IMG/VR virus record: IMGVR_UViG_3300033463_000081
Coordinates: 14,375-78,374 of that record
DNA: 64,000 nt
Strand: one strand, 5' to 3'
Origin: a virus
Taxonomy: Duplodnaviria; Caudoviricetes
This document shows positions 9,691 through 19,178 of this stretch, one piece after another; the stretch's first letter is position 1; every line of letters begins with the position of its first letter. The notes beneath the pieces were generated by a model. It was not told the origin of the DNA and made no database searches. It saw nothing but the letters and a program-made list of their open reading frames with translations. Position numbers and translations under genes: made by a program.

Positions 9691-10485
9691 ATGGCAAATT
9701 ACGCGACAATGAAGAAGGATGACCTTATTGCCCTTGCGAAAGAACAGGGCATTGATGCGGACAGCACCATGACAAAGGCGGAAATCATCGCCGCCATCGA
9801 GGGCGAATCGGCAAAACGTGAGGAAATTGCCGAAAGTCCCTCAGAAAACGTGGAAGAGCCTGCGGTTGACCCGGCCGTGGAACTACTCAAGGCACAGAAC
9901 GAACTGCTCCAGAAACAGATGGAAGAACTCCAGAGGCAGTTGCTTGCGCTTCAGCGCCCGCAGGTGATTCAGGTAGCCGCCGACACCGAGCGTGTGCATT
10001 TTCTGTGGCAGGCGGAAGTTGCGGACTACAACCTCGTGACATTCGGCCCCGGAGGTATGTACGGTTCCATCACGGGCAAGACGGGAACGTTCTCCGTTCC
10101 GAAGAACGAACTGAGCCGCATCCTCGATGACAAGAATCGTAGATTCCTTGCGAATCGTTGGCTCATCGTACTGGACGGACTGGACGATGACGAGAGAGTG
10201 AGCCTCGGCGTTGACTACAAAGAGGGCGAAATCATCGGACGGAATGCGTTCATGCACCTCGTTGATATGCCCAAGGAAGAAATCTGCGAGGTCTACGAGA
10301 AACTGTGTCCGAGCCACAAAGAGATGGTAGGACAGCGTTTCTATGACGCATGGCAGAACGGGAGCCAGTCCGTGACCCGCGATAAGGTCATTGCCCTTCG
10401 CAACATCACCCGCGACCAAGGTCTGGATATTAAGGCGTTCCAGCAAATCGTGCAGGAAATGAACGCCGCTGACGAGGAGGAATAA
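9691..10485 (+). CDS. HeH/LEM-like N-terminal domain virion-associated protein
   Basis: N-terminal MKKDDLIALAKEQGI...MTKAEIIAAI pattern, then coiled coil; AAGGAG RBS. Confidence 0.6.
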   Translation: MANYATMKKDDLIALAKEQGIDADSTMTKAEIIAAIEGESAKREEIAESPSENVEEPAVDPAVELLKAQNELLQKQMEELQRQLLALQRPQVIQVAADTERVHFLWQAEVADYNLVTFGPGGMYGSITGKTGTFSVPKNELSRILDDKNRRFLANRWLIVLDGLDDDERVSLGVDYKEGEIIGRNAFMHLVDMPKEEICEVYEKLCPSHKEMVGQRFYDAWQNGSQSVTRDKVIALRNITRDQGLDIKAFQQIVQEMNAADEEE

Positions 10486-10488
10486 GAG

Positions 10489-10662
10489 ATGATTACGCTT
10501 GGAAACCTGAGTGACGTATTCATCGGGCTTCACGATGATGAGAAACCTACCGGGTGCTACAACGGAAGTGCCTTTCTTGAGATGGATACCGGCGCTATCT
10601 ACCTGTTTGACGCGGCGTCTCAGGAGTGGCTTGCCACCTTTGCGCCCCCGGAGGAGGAGTAA
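10489..10662 (+). CDS. Small hypothetical virion protein (57 aa, not in ORF track)
   Basis: MITLGNLSDVFIGLHDDEKPTGCYNGSAFLEMDTGAIYLFD; fills the operon gap exactly. Confidence 0.65.
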   Translation: MITLGNLSDVFIGLHDDEKPTGCYNGSAFLEMDTGAIYLFDAASQEWLATFAPPEEE

Positions 10663-10665
10663 TCC

Positions 10666-11079
10666 ATGAGAGAAGCAATCATTGAGGTGGCCGTGCAGGT
10701 CATCGGCGCTATCCTGATGGGCGTTGTAAGCATCGCCTTTGCCTATGTCGGAAAGTGGATGGGACAGAACAAAAAGCTGGACACCCTTTCCGCCGCTATG
10801 GAACAGCTTGAGTTCGTGGTAAAGAACGTGGTCGGCGAACTTCAGCAGACGATGGTAGAGGGTCTGAAGGAAGAGTCCGTGGACGGAAAACTTTCCGCAG
10901 AGGACATCTATGACCTCGGCAAACTGCTCGTGATGAAAGCTACCGAACAGCTTTCCGACCCAGCCTCTACTACGCTGGAGGCCGCAGGCATCGATATCGA
11001 GGGAATGATTCATTCTATCGCCGAAGCCTATATTGAGAAAATCAAGCGCGGTGACGCTTTCCTCACCGTAGCCCCTTGA
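10666..11079 (+). CDS. Holin-like protein (LL-H type architecture)
   Basis: Single N-terminal TM followed by an amphipathic region; GGAGGAG RBS. Confidence 0.55.
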   Translation: MREAIIEVAVQVIGAILMGVVSIAFAYVGKWMGQNKKLDTLSAAMEQLEFVVKNVVGELQQTMVEGLKEESVDGKLSAEDIYDLGKLLVMKATEQLSDPASTTLEAAGIDIEGMIHSIAEAYIEKIKRGDAFLTVAP

Positions 11080-11107
11080 TGGGGCATTAAGCAAGCATAG
11101 GAGGACG

Positions 11108-11416
11108 TTGACTATGGCTATGTCACTGGAAGACCAAGCAGTTCTGCTGAAGGAAGTGGAAGACCGAAGCAAGGGGAATACCCGCCGCATCGAGACGCTT
11201 GAAAAGAAGGTGGATAACTTGGCCGATGTGGTCAGCGTCCTCCAAGCCATGCAAAAAGACTTGGAGCACCTGTCCACGGACGTAAGGGAAACCAAGGAGG
11301 ACGTAAAGGAACTCAAGGACAAGCCCGCGAAGAGATGGGAGGGCGTGGTAGAGAAAGTCATATACGCCGTAGTCGGCGCTGTGGTGGCTTTCATCCTCGC
11401 CAAAGGCGGATTGTGA
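11108..11416 (+). CDS. XhlA/holin-associated coiled-coil protein with C-terminal TM
   Basis: Coiled coil then VIYAVVGAVVAFILAK. Confidence 0.55.
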   Translation: MTMAMSLEDQAVLLKEVEDRSKGNTRRIETLEKKVDNLADVVSVLQAMQKDLEHLSTDVRETKEDVKELKDKPAKRWEGVVEKVIYAVVGAVVAFILAKGGL

Positions 11417-11568
11417 TGTTCGTTCCCCTGTTCTTCCTCGCAATAAGTGTCGCTTACCTGCTCAACGGCGTGTGGGAATACTGCGTGTTCCGGGCAATCA
11501 ACTGGGACTATATCGTTATCATCGTGTCCTTTGCGGTCATGGCGATAGTCACGGCACATAAAAGATAA
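11416..11568 (+). CDS. Small two-TM membrane protein
   Basis: TGA/ATG overlap at 11414-11418; MFVPLFFLAISVAYLL... Confidence 0.5.
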   Translation: MFVPLFFLAISVAYLLNGVWEYCVFRAINWDYIVIIVSFAVMAIVTAHKR

Positions 11569-11642
11569 ACGGACTTGGTGTAAAGGTAGCACACGGGACT
11601 TTGACTCCTGCGGTGGTGGTTCGACCCCACCAGTCTGTGCCA
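11569..11642 (+). tRNA. trnQ: tRNA-Gln(UUG)
   Basis: ACGGACT/AGTCTGT acceptor, CGGGA-CT TTG AC-TCCTG anticodon arm, TTCGA T loop, encoded CCA. Confidence 0.9.
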
Positions 11643-11645
11643 TAT

Positions 11646-11721
11646 TGCGGGTGGGAGGTCAGTATCTCGTCCGGCGTCATAAGCCGGAGAAACACGGTGC
11701 GATTCCGCTGACCCGCAACCA
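11646..11721 (+). tRNA. trnM: tRNA-Met(CAU), non-canonical
   Basis: TGCGGGT/ACCCGCA acceptor, CCGGC-GT CAT AA-GCCGG arm, T loop TGCGATT with bulged stem, encoded CCA. Confidence 0.7.
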
Positions 11722-11741
11722 TAAAAAGGAGATGATGCCTG

Positions 11742-12437
11742 ATGGGAACATCCTTTGAGCAAATCGAATGTCAGGCTTTGACATATATAAAGAACGATAT
11801 GTCCCTTGACTGGGACTTGCAGAACAGACTGCCCGTGTTCTATAGGCGCATGTGGAACTACATGCTGTCGGCTATCCCCCTGTTCAACAAGCCGCCCGTG
11901 ATGCTCTCACGGCTCCACGCCTACACCGAGCCTCAGTTCTCCGACATGATATTCACCGTGTCGGAAGAACCGCTTGGGCCGCTGTCGGTTGACACGGGAA
12001 TCACCGACATGGACATCTGCTCCGCCGGAATCGTGCGCAACGATGAATTCGGCAACCCCGAATACCTTCCGCTGAACGTGGACAGCTACGATGCGGAAAC
12101 GGGAGAGGTTGTAATTTCCGGCACTATCGCCATCGGCGATGAGATTGATATCGACTTCTACAAGAGCGGCTCTTTCAACGTTGACCTGAACGCCACAGAA
12201 TGCGACATCCTCGCGTTCTGCATCTATGACGTGTGGGAGCATAGGTTCGACAACAACGCCCTTGAGCGGTCTTCCAAGATTCGTGACGCCAACTTCACAA
12301 CTATAAGTGAGGCATCGCAGACGGCGGCGGGAACAGACCGCCAGCGTGAGGTCGATTCCCAGCTTTTCGACAAGCTCCGCATGTACGAGCAGACGGCGGC
12401 TTACATGAAGACCGTTGTAAATAATCCCCTCTTTTAA
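11742..12437 (+). CDS. Head-tail adaptor/neck protein (putative)
   Basis: Synteny after the head genes; AAGGAG RBS. Confidence 0.5.
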   Translation: MGTSFEQIECQALTYIKNDMSLDWDLQNRLPVFYRRMWNYMLSAIPLFNKPPVMLSRLHAYTEPQFSDMIFTVSEEPLGPLSVDTGITDMDICSAGIVRNDEFGNPEYLPLNVDSYDAETGEVVISGTIAIGDEIDIDFYKSGSFNVDLNATECDILAFCIYDVWEHRFDNNALERSSKIRDANFTTISEASQTAAGTDRQREVDSQLFDKLRMYEQTAAYMKTVVNNPLF

Positions 12438-12460
12438 CAACGAACAAAGGAGTGTAGCCG

Positions 12461-13846
12461 ATGGCCGACATCACCACATACGCCAAGACCGCCGGAACAC
12501 TCATCGGCGGGATGCCGAGAGGCAAATCCAACCGAATCAATAAAGACGGTAGCCTGCGGACTCAGTTCTTCCAAAACGAAACGCAGGCGTACACGCAGGA
12601 GATGGGCATCTACGCCTCCAACGTATACGCCGCCGACTGCCAAGGGCTGAACCCGAACGACTTCTACGGATGGGATAGAATCAAGATTCGGTCTATCCGT
12701 GCGGCGCAGGCTCAGACGGGCGAAACGATGCCCGACGATTGGCAGAGGATATACATCATAGACCCGGCGCGGTACACCTACATCCCACAGGGGGCGATGT
12801 TGAAATACGCCGACAATACTTGGGTTGTGTACAAGGGCAAAAACATGGAGGCTATCCTTGGAGCCGCCATCGTTCGCCGTTGCAACGCAGTTATCAATGT
12901 CCTCGACTGGTATGGCAATGTCGTGACCGTTCCCATGTCCTACTCAAAAATGGGTACGCTGGGAAACGCCCCTCACACCACAGAAAACACCATTACCAGT
13001 AAGAACTATATCGCCTGTATCTGCCAGTTGAACGAATACAGCAGGCAGTTCCACGAGAATACGAGAATCATCCTCGGTGACACGGCCTACGCAATGCGGG
13101 GCATGGATGACTTCACACGGGAATTCACCGATGACCCGAACTCCGTACATCTGCTCACGTTCACTATCGAAAGAGTCGAGGTTCAGCCCTTTGATAACAT
13201 CGAACTGGGCGTGGCAGATTACGGAGGATTCAGTTGGGAACTGCATATCGACTGGAACAACTCCATGCGGACGGGGATGACGCAGACTCTGAACGTGACG
13301 AGCAGGCGGAACAACGTTCCTGTGGAGAACGGAGAGGAACATCCCATTTCCTATCTGTATGAGAGTTCCGATGAGTCCGTTCTGACCGTGGACGAACACG
13401 GCAACGTGACGGCGGTCGGAGAGGGCGAAGCCGAGATAACGGTAAGCCTCGCGCAAAATCCGGGCATCACGCAGACGGTGAATATCGAAGTGCCTGCCAC
13501 GGAGAACGAGTACGTTGCGTTCACCACGACTCTTCCGAAGACGCTCCACGAGGGCGAGAGCATTGAGATAGGCGCTACGTTCTTCCAAAACGGACTTGCC
13601 ACAAACTTCCCCATCACCATCACGTTCAGCGGCGTGGAAGCCGGGGTGGTCGGTTTCAACCGGGTATATTCCTCCGAGAGCATTGCTCTTTCCAACACGG
13701 TATACAGCGGCGAAGCGTACTCCGAAGTCATAGACGCCGACAGCCGAGTAAAGCTGAACGTGTACCACGCCTCACAGAGACCGCTGACCGTAACAGCCGA
13801 ATACAACGGCTATACCGCCACGGAAACAGTGTGGCTTGTGACTTAA
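12461..13846 (+). CDS. Head closure-like protein with Ig-like (Big_2-type) domain
   Basis: YESSDESVLTVDEHGNVTAVGEGEAEITV is a typical Big_2 signature. Confidence 0.6.
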   Translation: MADITTYAKTAGTLIGGMPRGKSNRINKDGSLRTQFFQNETQAYTQEMGIYASNVYAADCQGLNPNDFYGWDRIKIRSIRAAQAQTGETMPDDWQRIYIIDPARYTYIPQGAMLKYADNTWVVYKGKNMEAILGAAIVRRCNAVINVLDWYGNVVTVPMSYSKMGTLGNAPHTTENTITSKNYIACICQLNEYSRQFHENTRIILGDTAYAMRGMDDFTREFTDDPNSVHLLTFTIERVEVQPFDNIELGVADYGGFSWELHIDWNNSMRTGMTQTLNVTSRRNNVPVENGEEHPISYLYESSDESVLTVDEHGNVTAVGEGEAEITVSLAQNPGITQTVNIEVPATENEYVAFTTTLPKTLHEGESIEIGATFFQNGLATNFPITITFSGVEAGVVGFNRVYSSESIALSNTVYSGEAYSEVIDADSRVKLNVYHASQRPLTVTAEYNGYTATETVWLVT

Positions 13847-13929
13847 TACGATGTAACTACGGTTTCTTGTGGGTACAGCTTCGCATTAAATGGCCGGGGT
13901 GGGAGCCAGCGTCGCAGAAAGGGATATAG

Positions 13930-14997
13930 GTGTTTATGACTATCCCTCTTGAACTGAAACGAAGATGCGTAGAGATGCGCAACAACGGATGTTCACACTT
14001 GGAGATTTACAATGAGGTATTCAAGAAAGAACATCCCGGAATGGGCTTTGAAACGTTCCGTCACAAAATCAGAAAGTGGGAAAAACTGGCTTTCGCTGAC
14101 GAAAAAACGCTCGGAGCCGGAACGTATCCCGGTTTCACGGCGCACGGAGCCACCGTTCAGGTCAACGGACACGGCGAAGTGGTGCAGGCTTGGATTAAGG
14201 AACACACCGATGAAAACCAGCTTGCCGAACTCATCGAGGCTATCAAAGAGCATACGCAACCCATCGTAATCGAGCGGGCGGAAGAGGCTCAGACCGAGCC
14301 TGAGATGCTTGAGATTCCGCTTTTTGACCAGCATTTTCCCCAAAATGACCACATCGACACGTTCGTTGCCATATCCCGCATCATCGAGTCGAAGCATTGG
14401 GAAGAGATAAATGTCATCATCGGTCAGGATTTGTTCCATAACGATGACATGCGGGGACGCACCTCATCGGGCAGACCGATAGAGAAAGTGGACATGGTAA
14501 AGGCGTGGGAACTCGCCCGGATATTCTATACTTCCGTGCTTTCTCTGTGCGTAAAACAGAGCGAGAAAGTAAAAGTGGTCTATTCCAAGGGAAATCATGA
14601 CGAAAGCATGGCGTGGGCGTTCGTTCAAATGCTCAAAGCCATGTTCCCACAGGCCGAGTTCGATGATTCCCTCAAGCAGAGAAAGATAATCTTTTGGCGT
14701 GAATGCTTCATCGGAGTGACCCACGGAGCCTATAAGAAATCCTCGTTGGATGACCTGAGAGGACAGTTCACGATTCAGTTCCCCATCGAATTTGCCAACG
14801 CCAAAGTGCGTGAGATACACGCCGGACACCTCCATCGTGAGGAAGAGAGAGATATTTACGGCGTCATGTGCCGCAGACTGGCCCACAAGGGCATAGAAGA
14901 TGAGTGGACGGACGATGAGGGACTTGTCGGTGCGTCCAAGAGATTCATGATATTCAGATGGAAACCCGGCCGTCTTGCCGGGATAGATTATGTGTAA
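13930..14997 (+). CDS. Calcineurin-like metallophosphoesterase with N-terminal HTH-like region
   Basis: Motifs FDQH, GQDLFHND, KGNHDE, THG, IHAGHLH. Confidence 0.75.
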   Translation: MFMTIPLELKRRCVEMRNNGCSHLEIYNEVFKKEHPGMGFETFRHKIRKWEKLAFADEKTLGAGTYPGFTAHGATVQVNGHGEVVQAWIKEHTDENQLAELIEAIKEHTQPIVIERAEEAQTEPEMLEIPLFDQHFPQNDHIDTFVAISRIIESKHWEEINVIIGQDLFHNDDMRGRTSSGRPIEKVDMVKAWELARIFYTSVLSLCVKQSEKVKVVYSKGNHDESMAWAFVQMLKAMFPQAEFDDSLKQRKIIFWRECFIGVTHGAYKKSSLDDLRGQFTIQFPIEFANAKVREIHAGHLHREEERDIYGVMCRRLAHKGIEDEWTDDEGLVGASKRFMIFRWKPGRLAGIDYV

Positions 14998-15008
14998 GGA
15001 GCAGAAAT

Positions 15009-15311
15009 ATGGATTGCAAATACGCATACATGAAACAGAACATTGACTACGTTCTGTGCCGAAAAGAGCCTGAACCTAGCAGACATGACCGTGAAAAGCT
15101 GTTTCACGCCCTGTGCGGACATCAGGTCAACTGTCCGAAGCAGAGTTGCCACAAGCTGTCGGCAACGTGGAGGCAGTGCGTGAAGCTCATCGAGCCTGCC
15201 GAACCTACCTATGAGGATGTGTTCCCGGACGCGGGTGAAGACCCGAAACTGGTTCAGCCGAAGCCTGCGAAAAAGCCGGTTAAAGCTAAAAAAACTGCGG
15301 AATCCGCATAA
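15009..15311 (+). CDS. Cys-rich hypothetical protein
   Basis: GGAG RBS before ATG 15009; several Cys; Lys-rich tail. Confidence 0.55.
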   Translation: MDCKYAYMKQNIDYVLCRKEPEPSRHDREKLFHALCGHQVNCPKQSCHKLSATWRQCVKLIEPAEPTYEDVFPDAGEDPKLVQPKPAKKPVKAKKTAESA

Positions 15312-15355
15312 ATTATACGGTTTAACGCCGATATATCCGCCAAAGGAGAAGTTAT

Positions 15356-15919
15356 ATGGCCGAATATGCGATTACGATAACCGAGAAAGACATCATGGAC
15401 GCCGGTTCCTATGTCAATATCTCGACCAAAGAGCAGTACACGAGGGCTGTAGCCTACCTCTGCCTTGAGCCTGTGACGGTGCAGGTGGATGACAGCGAAA
15501 CGTTGCCAACGATGTTTCGGGAGAACAAAAAAATCAAGGCTCAGTACCTGATGGGGATGCTTGCCACCCTGCTTCAGAGGCCGTTTGAGTCAGAAAAGCT
15601 GACTACCGGGGAGGAACTGACCGGGTGCATGGCGGAAGCCGACTATGACATGTGGGCGGGAAGCCATGTCATGAACCAGTTGGAGCGCCTGAAAAAGACA
15701 AAGGACAGCGAACTGGTGAACAAGCTGTTCGACCTGCTCTATGACTACAAAGCCTTTGAGCTTATGCTGACGGGAGCCATCCGTGACGAACTGGAAGTGC
15801 GGAATGACCCATTCAACCGGGCGATTCAGTGGTTCTCGCTCACCGCTGCGGACGCTGCCGTGAAAGAAGTAATCGGCGGAGAACTGCGAAACATGATAAA
15901 GGGTGATTCCAATGAGTGA
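15356..15919 (+). CDS. Hypothetical tail-module protein
   Basis: AAAGGAG RBS; in-operon. Confidence 0.6.
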   Translation: MAEYAITITEKDIMDAGSYVNISTKEQYTRAVAYLCLEPVTVQVDDSETLPTMFRENKKIKAQYLMGMLATLLQRPFESEKLTTGEELTGCMAEADYDMWAGSHVMNQLERLKKTKDSELVNKLFDLLYDYKAFELMLTGAIRDELEVRNDPFNRAIQWFSLTAADAAVKEVIGGELRNMIKGDSNE

Positions 15920-16592
15920 CATATGGACGGGAGCGCAGCCTGAACACGCCTCCCCCTACTGGCCGTATCGCAAGGTAGTCGAGGCGGACACCCTGGCGGG
16001 AATGGAGCAGATGCCGTACATCGTGTGCCGTTATCTGATGGATTTGCCGGACGGCACCGGGTATATCCCCCCTACCGACAACTCATTCCCCCGTGTGCGG
16101 CTGAAAAAACTGCTGTATTACGATACGCCTCTCCCTCTGAATCAGCCCTGTCCAACGCCGGAGCAAATCCGAAAGTTGTTTTATGACCCGGAAAACCCGG
16201 ACAGACCGCCAGACCAGGAACACGGCTACCGCATCTATCCGCAGAACATGGTGGAGCAGAGTGTGGCCGCAAGTAAGTCCTTTATCCGTGCATATATATC
16301 GGATGCCACCGCACTGGAGAGCAAAGGCGTGTTTATCACGCGGCAGTACATGATATTCGATGTGCTCGTGAACACGTCCATCGAATCCAACACGGGCATG
16401 ACGGCATCCTCCCGCTCATATGACATAGTTCAGTGCATAAGGGAAGCGACGGCCGGGGTGAATTTCGGCGGAGCGGGGCCGATGACCTTGAGCCGCATCA
16501 CGAAGATAGACGATGAGCGGTTCAATCTCGGATACAAGATATATGTCTATCAGGATTGGTGCGCTGACGCACCGAATCCCTACTTTTCATGA
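15903..16592 (+). CDS. Putative tail terminator/completion protein
   Basis: Synteny before the tail tube; likely start ATG 15912. Confidence 0.45.
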   Translation: MIPMSDIWTGAQPEHASPYWPYRKVVEADTLAGMEQMPYIVCRYLMDLPDGTGYIPPTDNSFPRVRLKKLLYYDTPLPLNQPCPTPEQIRKLFYDPENPDRPPDQEHGYRIYPQNMVEQSVAASKSFIRAYISDATALESKGVFITRQYMIFDVLVNTSIESNTGMTASSRSYDIVQCIREATAGVNFGGAGPMTLSRITKIDDERFNLGYKIYVYQDWCADAPNPYFS

Positions 16593-16663
16593 AAGTACAG
16601 TTATATGAAAAAGGCTCTTTTCATATAAGTATGCTTTGCATCTGAATGCCAAAGGAGTTTTAT

Positions 16664-17470
16664 ATGGCATCGGTGAAATATTACCAGCGCCTCGCCCAAG
16701 GAGATGCCCCTGTCATCTACGAGGGCTTGGAATTTCACCCGTTGCTGGTGCGGGACTATCAGATATACGCAAGGGCAAAGCAGGCGTTCGAGTTGATGCT
16801 TGCCTCTCTGTCACCGAAGCTGGCTCGGCTTCCTTGGTGTGCGTGTCTGTGGGCAATCGACCACGAGTGCGAAAAGCAGACGGGAGAGATAGGAGAATAT
16901 TTGGTCTCCGTACTCTATGTCCTCGCAAAGTCATTGCGGCTCGATGATTTTGCTGAGAACGGAACTCTTCCTCTGCGCCCTGTATTCGCGCAGGACGGTT
17001 CGCTCACAGCCGTCATGATAGGAGAGGCATACGGAAACTACACGTTGCTCAATATGCAGCAGATGGACGAGGTGCGGAAAATCATAGCCGCACAAAATGG
17101 GTATGACATCCCGGATGAGAGTTGGAACCCCGAACTCGTCCGCGCCGCACAGCAAAATTCCGAACGGAACAGCATGGCGTTGGATATGGATTTAGAAACG
17201 CTTCTGTACTCCGTTGCTGTGAACGCCCATTGCAGAGCAAAAGATATCTACGATTGGTCGATACGGGAATTCCACGGTATGCAGAGTGCCATCGACAGAA
17301 GCTACGGTCATCTGATTTACACGTTGGCGGAAGCAAGCGGTCAAGTGACATTCAAGCAAGGGAATCCCTATCCGTCATGGAAATTCGACCGTAAAAATGA
17401 TATGCCGTCGGGCTTTGTCACCATATCCGAACTGGATGCGGGTGCTAAAGGTCTGGTGGCAGGAACCTAA
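16664..17470 (+). CDS. Putative tail assembly chaperone
   Basis: AAAGGAG RBS fits ATG 16664 better than the track start 16646; next to tail tube. Confidence 0.45.
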   Translation: MASVKYYQRLAQGDAPVIYEGLEFHPLLVRDYQIYARAKQAFELMLASLSPKLARLPWCACLWAIDHECEKQTGEIGEYLVSVLYVLAKSLRLDDFAENGTLPLRPVFAQDGSLTAVMIGEAYGNYTLLNMQQMDEVRKIIAAQNGYDIPDESWNPELVRAAQQNSERNSMALDMDLETLLYSVAVNAHCRAKDIYDWSIREFHGMQSAIDRSYGHLIYTLAEASGQVTFKQGNPYPSWKFDRKNDMPSGFVTISELDAGAKGLVAGT

Positions 17471-17498
17471 CTTAACTTACAAGGAGTGAATTACGACT

Positions 17499-18635
17499 AT
17501 GGCTTTCACTTTTAAGCCGGAAGAGCTTTTCAGCAAAGGGATTGTCTACGGCGAGTTCTTTGACCCGGCCACGGATGACCTGTTGGGCTACTCCCGCTAT
17601 GTCGCCGACTTCGGTCTTGCCGGTGCTATGAACAACGGCGAGGTCGAGGCTGGTCCGGGTAACGCCCTCGTAATGATGATTCCCGACTCCGCTCGGCTGA
17701 ACATCACCGCTACCACCGCCGACTCTGCCCTGAACAACATGGCGCTTGCGGTGGGCGGAACGATTTCCGGCAGTGGCGTTGTGGAAACCACCATCGCTAT
17801 CACCGCCACGGGCACGTCTCTCGCTCTGGCGAACGCCGCCGCGCCCCTCGGTGGGCAGAACGGCGCTGTGTGCTACATCCTCACGTCCACCGGCTCCGAC
17901 CGCGCCGAGGTCGAAGCGGCAAGCGGTATCGCTCATGCCGTTGAGGGCGGCACGATTCAGGACTTCGAGGCCGTGAACGGCAACACATACTGCGTGAAGT
18001 ATTTCTACGAGAACTCCTCCGCTCAGAAGCTCACCGTTCCCTCGATGTTCGCCCCCAAGGTTGTCCGCGCCCACTTTGCGGTCAACTGCTACGCCAAGAA
18101 GACCGGCGGCGATGTGCTGGCGTCAAGCCTCTACAAGATTCGCCACTATGTCTTCCCCTATTACTTCTTCACCAACCCGATGGAGGGCAGCCTGTCTCAG
18201 ACGGCGACCGGCACGGTCAACCTCTCCGGCACTTGCCTGACCTATCAGGAAGCCGCCGCCGAGGGCATCTGCAATGTGGATACCAACGGAATCTACGGCT
18301 ATGTGGTGGACGAGTATGTAGGCGATGACACCTCCACCTCCGCTGTGGACGGCATCTACTTCATCGGCCTCGGCGCTGGCGTCAGCCTCGTCAAGAGCAC
18401 CAAGATGGTTCTGCCCGTCAAGTACAGCGTGAACGGAATCCTCACCAACGTTTCCGACTGGAGCAAGGTGACGTTTACCGCTGCCTCCGCTGTGGTCAGC
18501 TTCGCCGACTCTCATGACCCTGAGATGACCGCTGGCGGTTCCGCCGGGAACACCACGGTCACGGTCAGCGTGACGAACAGCCGCACGAACAAGACCTATA
18601 CCGACACTATCCCCGTGACGGTAACGGCGTCCTAA
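17499..18635 (+). CDS. Major tail tube protein with C-terminal Ig-like domain
   Basis: 378 aa, Ala/Thr/Gly rich, strong codon bias, followed by a hairpin. Confidence 0.7.
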   Translation: MAFTFKPEELFSKGIVYGEFFDPATDDLLGYSRYVADFGLAGAMNNGEVEAGPGNALVMMIPDSARLNITATTADSALNNMALAVGGTISGSGVVETTIAITATGTSLALANAAAPLGGQNGAVCYILTSTGSDRAEVEAASGIAHAVEGGTIQDFEAVNGNTYCVKYFYENSSAQKLTVPSMFAPKVVRAHFAVNCYAKKTGGDVLASSLYKIRHYVFPYYFFTNPMEGSLSQTATGTVNLSGTCLTYQEAAAEGICNVDTNGIYGYVVDEYVGDDTSTSAVDGIYFIGLGAGVSLVKSTKMVLPVKYSVNGILTNVSDWSKVTFTAASAVVSFADSHDPEMTAGGSAGNTTVTVSVTNSRTNKTYTDTIPVTVTAS

Positions 18636-18645
18636 AGACGCATAC

Positions 18646-18673
18646 ATGCCCCGGCCCATCCGGGTCGGGGCAT
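18646..18673 (+). terminator. Hairpin after tail tube gene
   Basis: ATGCCCCGGCCC-ATCC-GGGTCGGGGCAT. Confidence 0.65.
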
Positions 18674-18737
18674 ACCCCTATATGTTTTCCAAAGTGCCAT
18701 TCCATGTGACATTTTGGAATGTGTATAGAAAGGCGGT

Positions 18738-19154
18738 GTGAAGATGGCGGGATTCACAGAAGAATACCTTGGCTCCGTAAAACCAAGGCTTGACGCCGCG
18801 GTGTCTATGGCTGTGGAGGCTATGGGATACCGACTGATCACCGCCCTTGAAGCATCCGCCCAGGTGAGAGTATACGATGCGCACACGCCTCCCCCTTACT
18901 TTATGGCGAAACGGCGCGGTGAACTGCTTAATGACGCCAACTACATTGTGATGAAACAAGGTGACCGTTCCGTCATGGTGGCGAACGTGACCGTTACTCA
19001 AAGCGGAAGCGGCGGAGAGGTAAACTGGGTGGAATCGGGCTTTCGGCAGCACTCCGCCGGCGCTCGTCCGTTTATGGAAGAGGGTCTGCAGGACTATGTA
19101 GCCACGATGGCAGAGGCGGATCTTCAAGCCGCAATGGCAGCCCAGGGATTCTGA
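18738..19154 (+). CDS. HK97 gp10-like tail completion protein
   Basis: C-terminal ARPFMEEG resembles the gp10 PF(L/M) motif; precedes TMP. Confidence 0.5.
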   Translation: MKMAGFTEEYLGSVKPRLDAAVSMAVEAMGYRLITALEASAQVRVYDAHTPPPYFMAKRRGELLNDANYIVMKQGDRSVMVANVTVTQSGSGGEVNWVESGFRQHSAGARPFMEEGLQDYVATMAEADLQAAMAAQGF

Positions 19155-19178
19155 TAGGAAAGCGAGGAACGCATTGAT

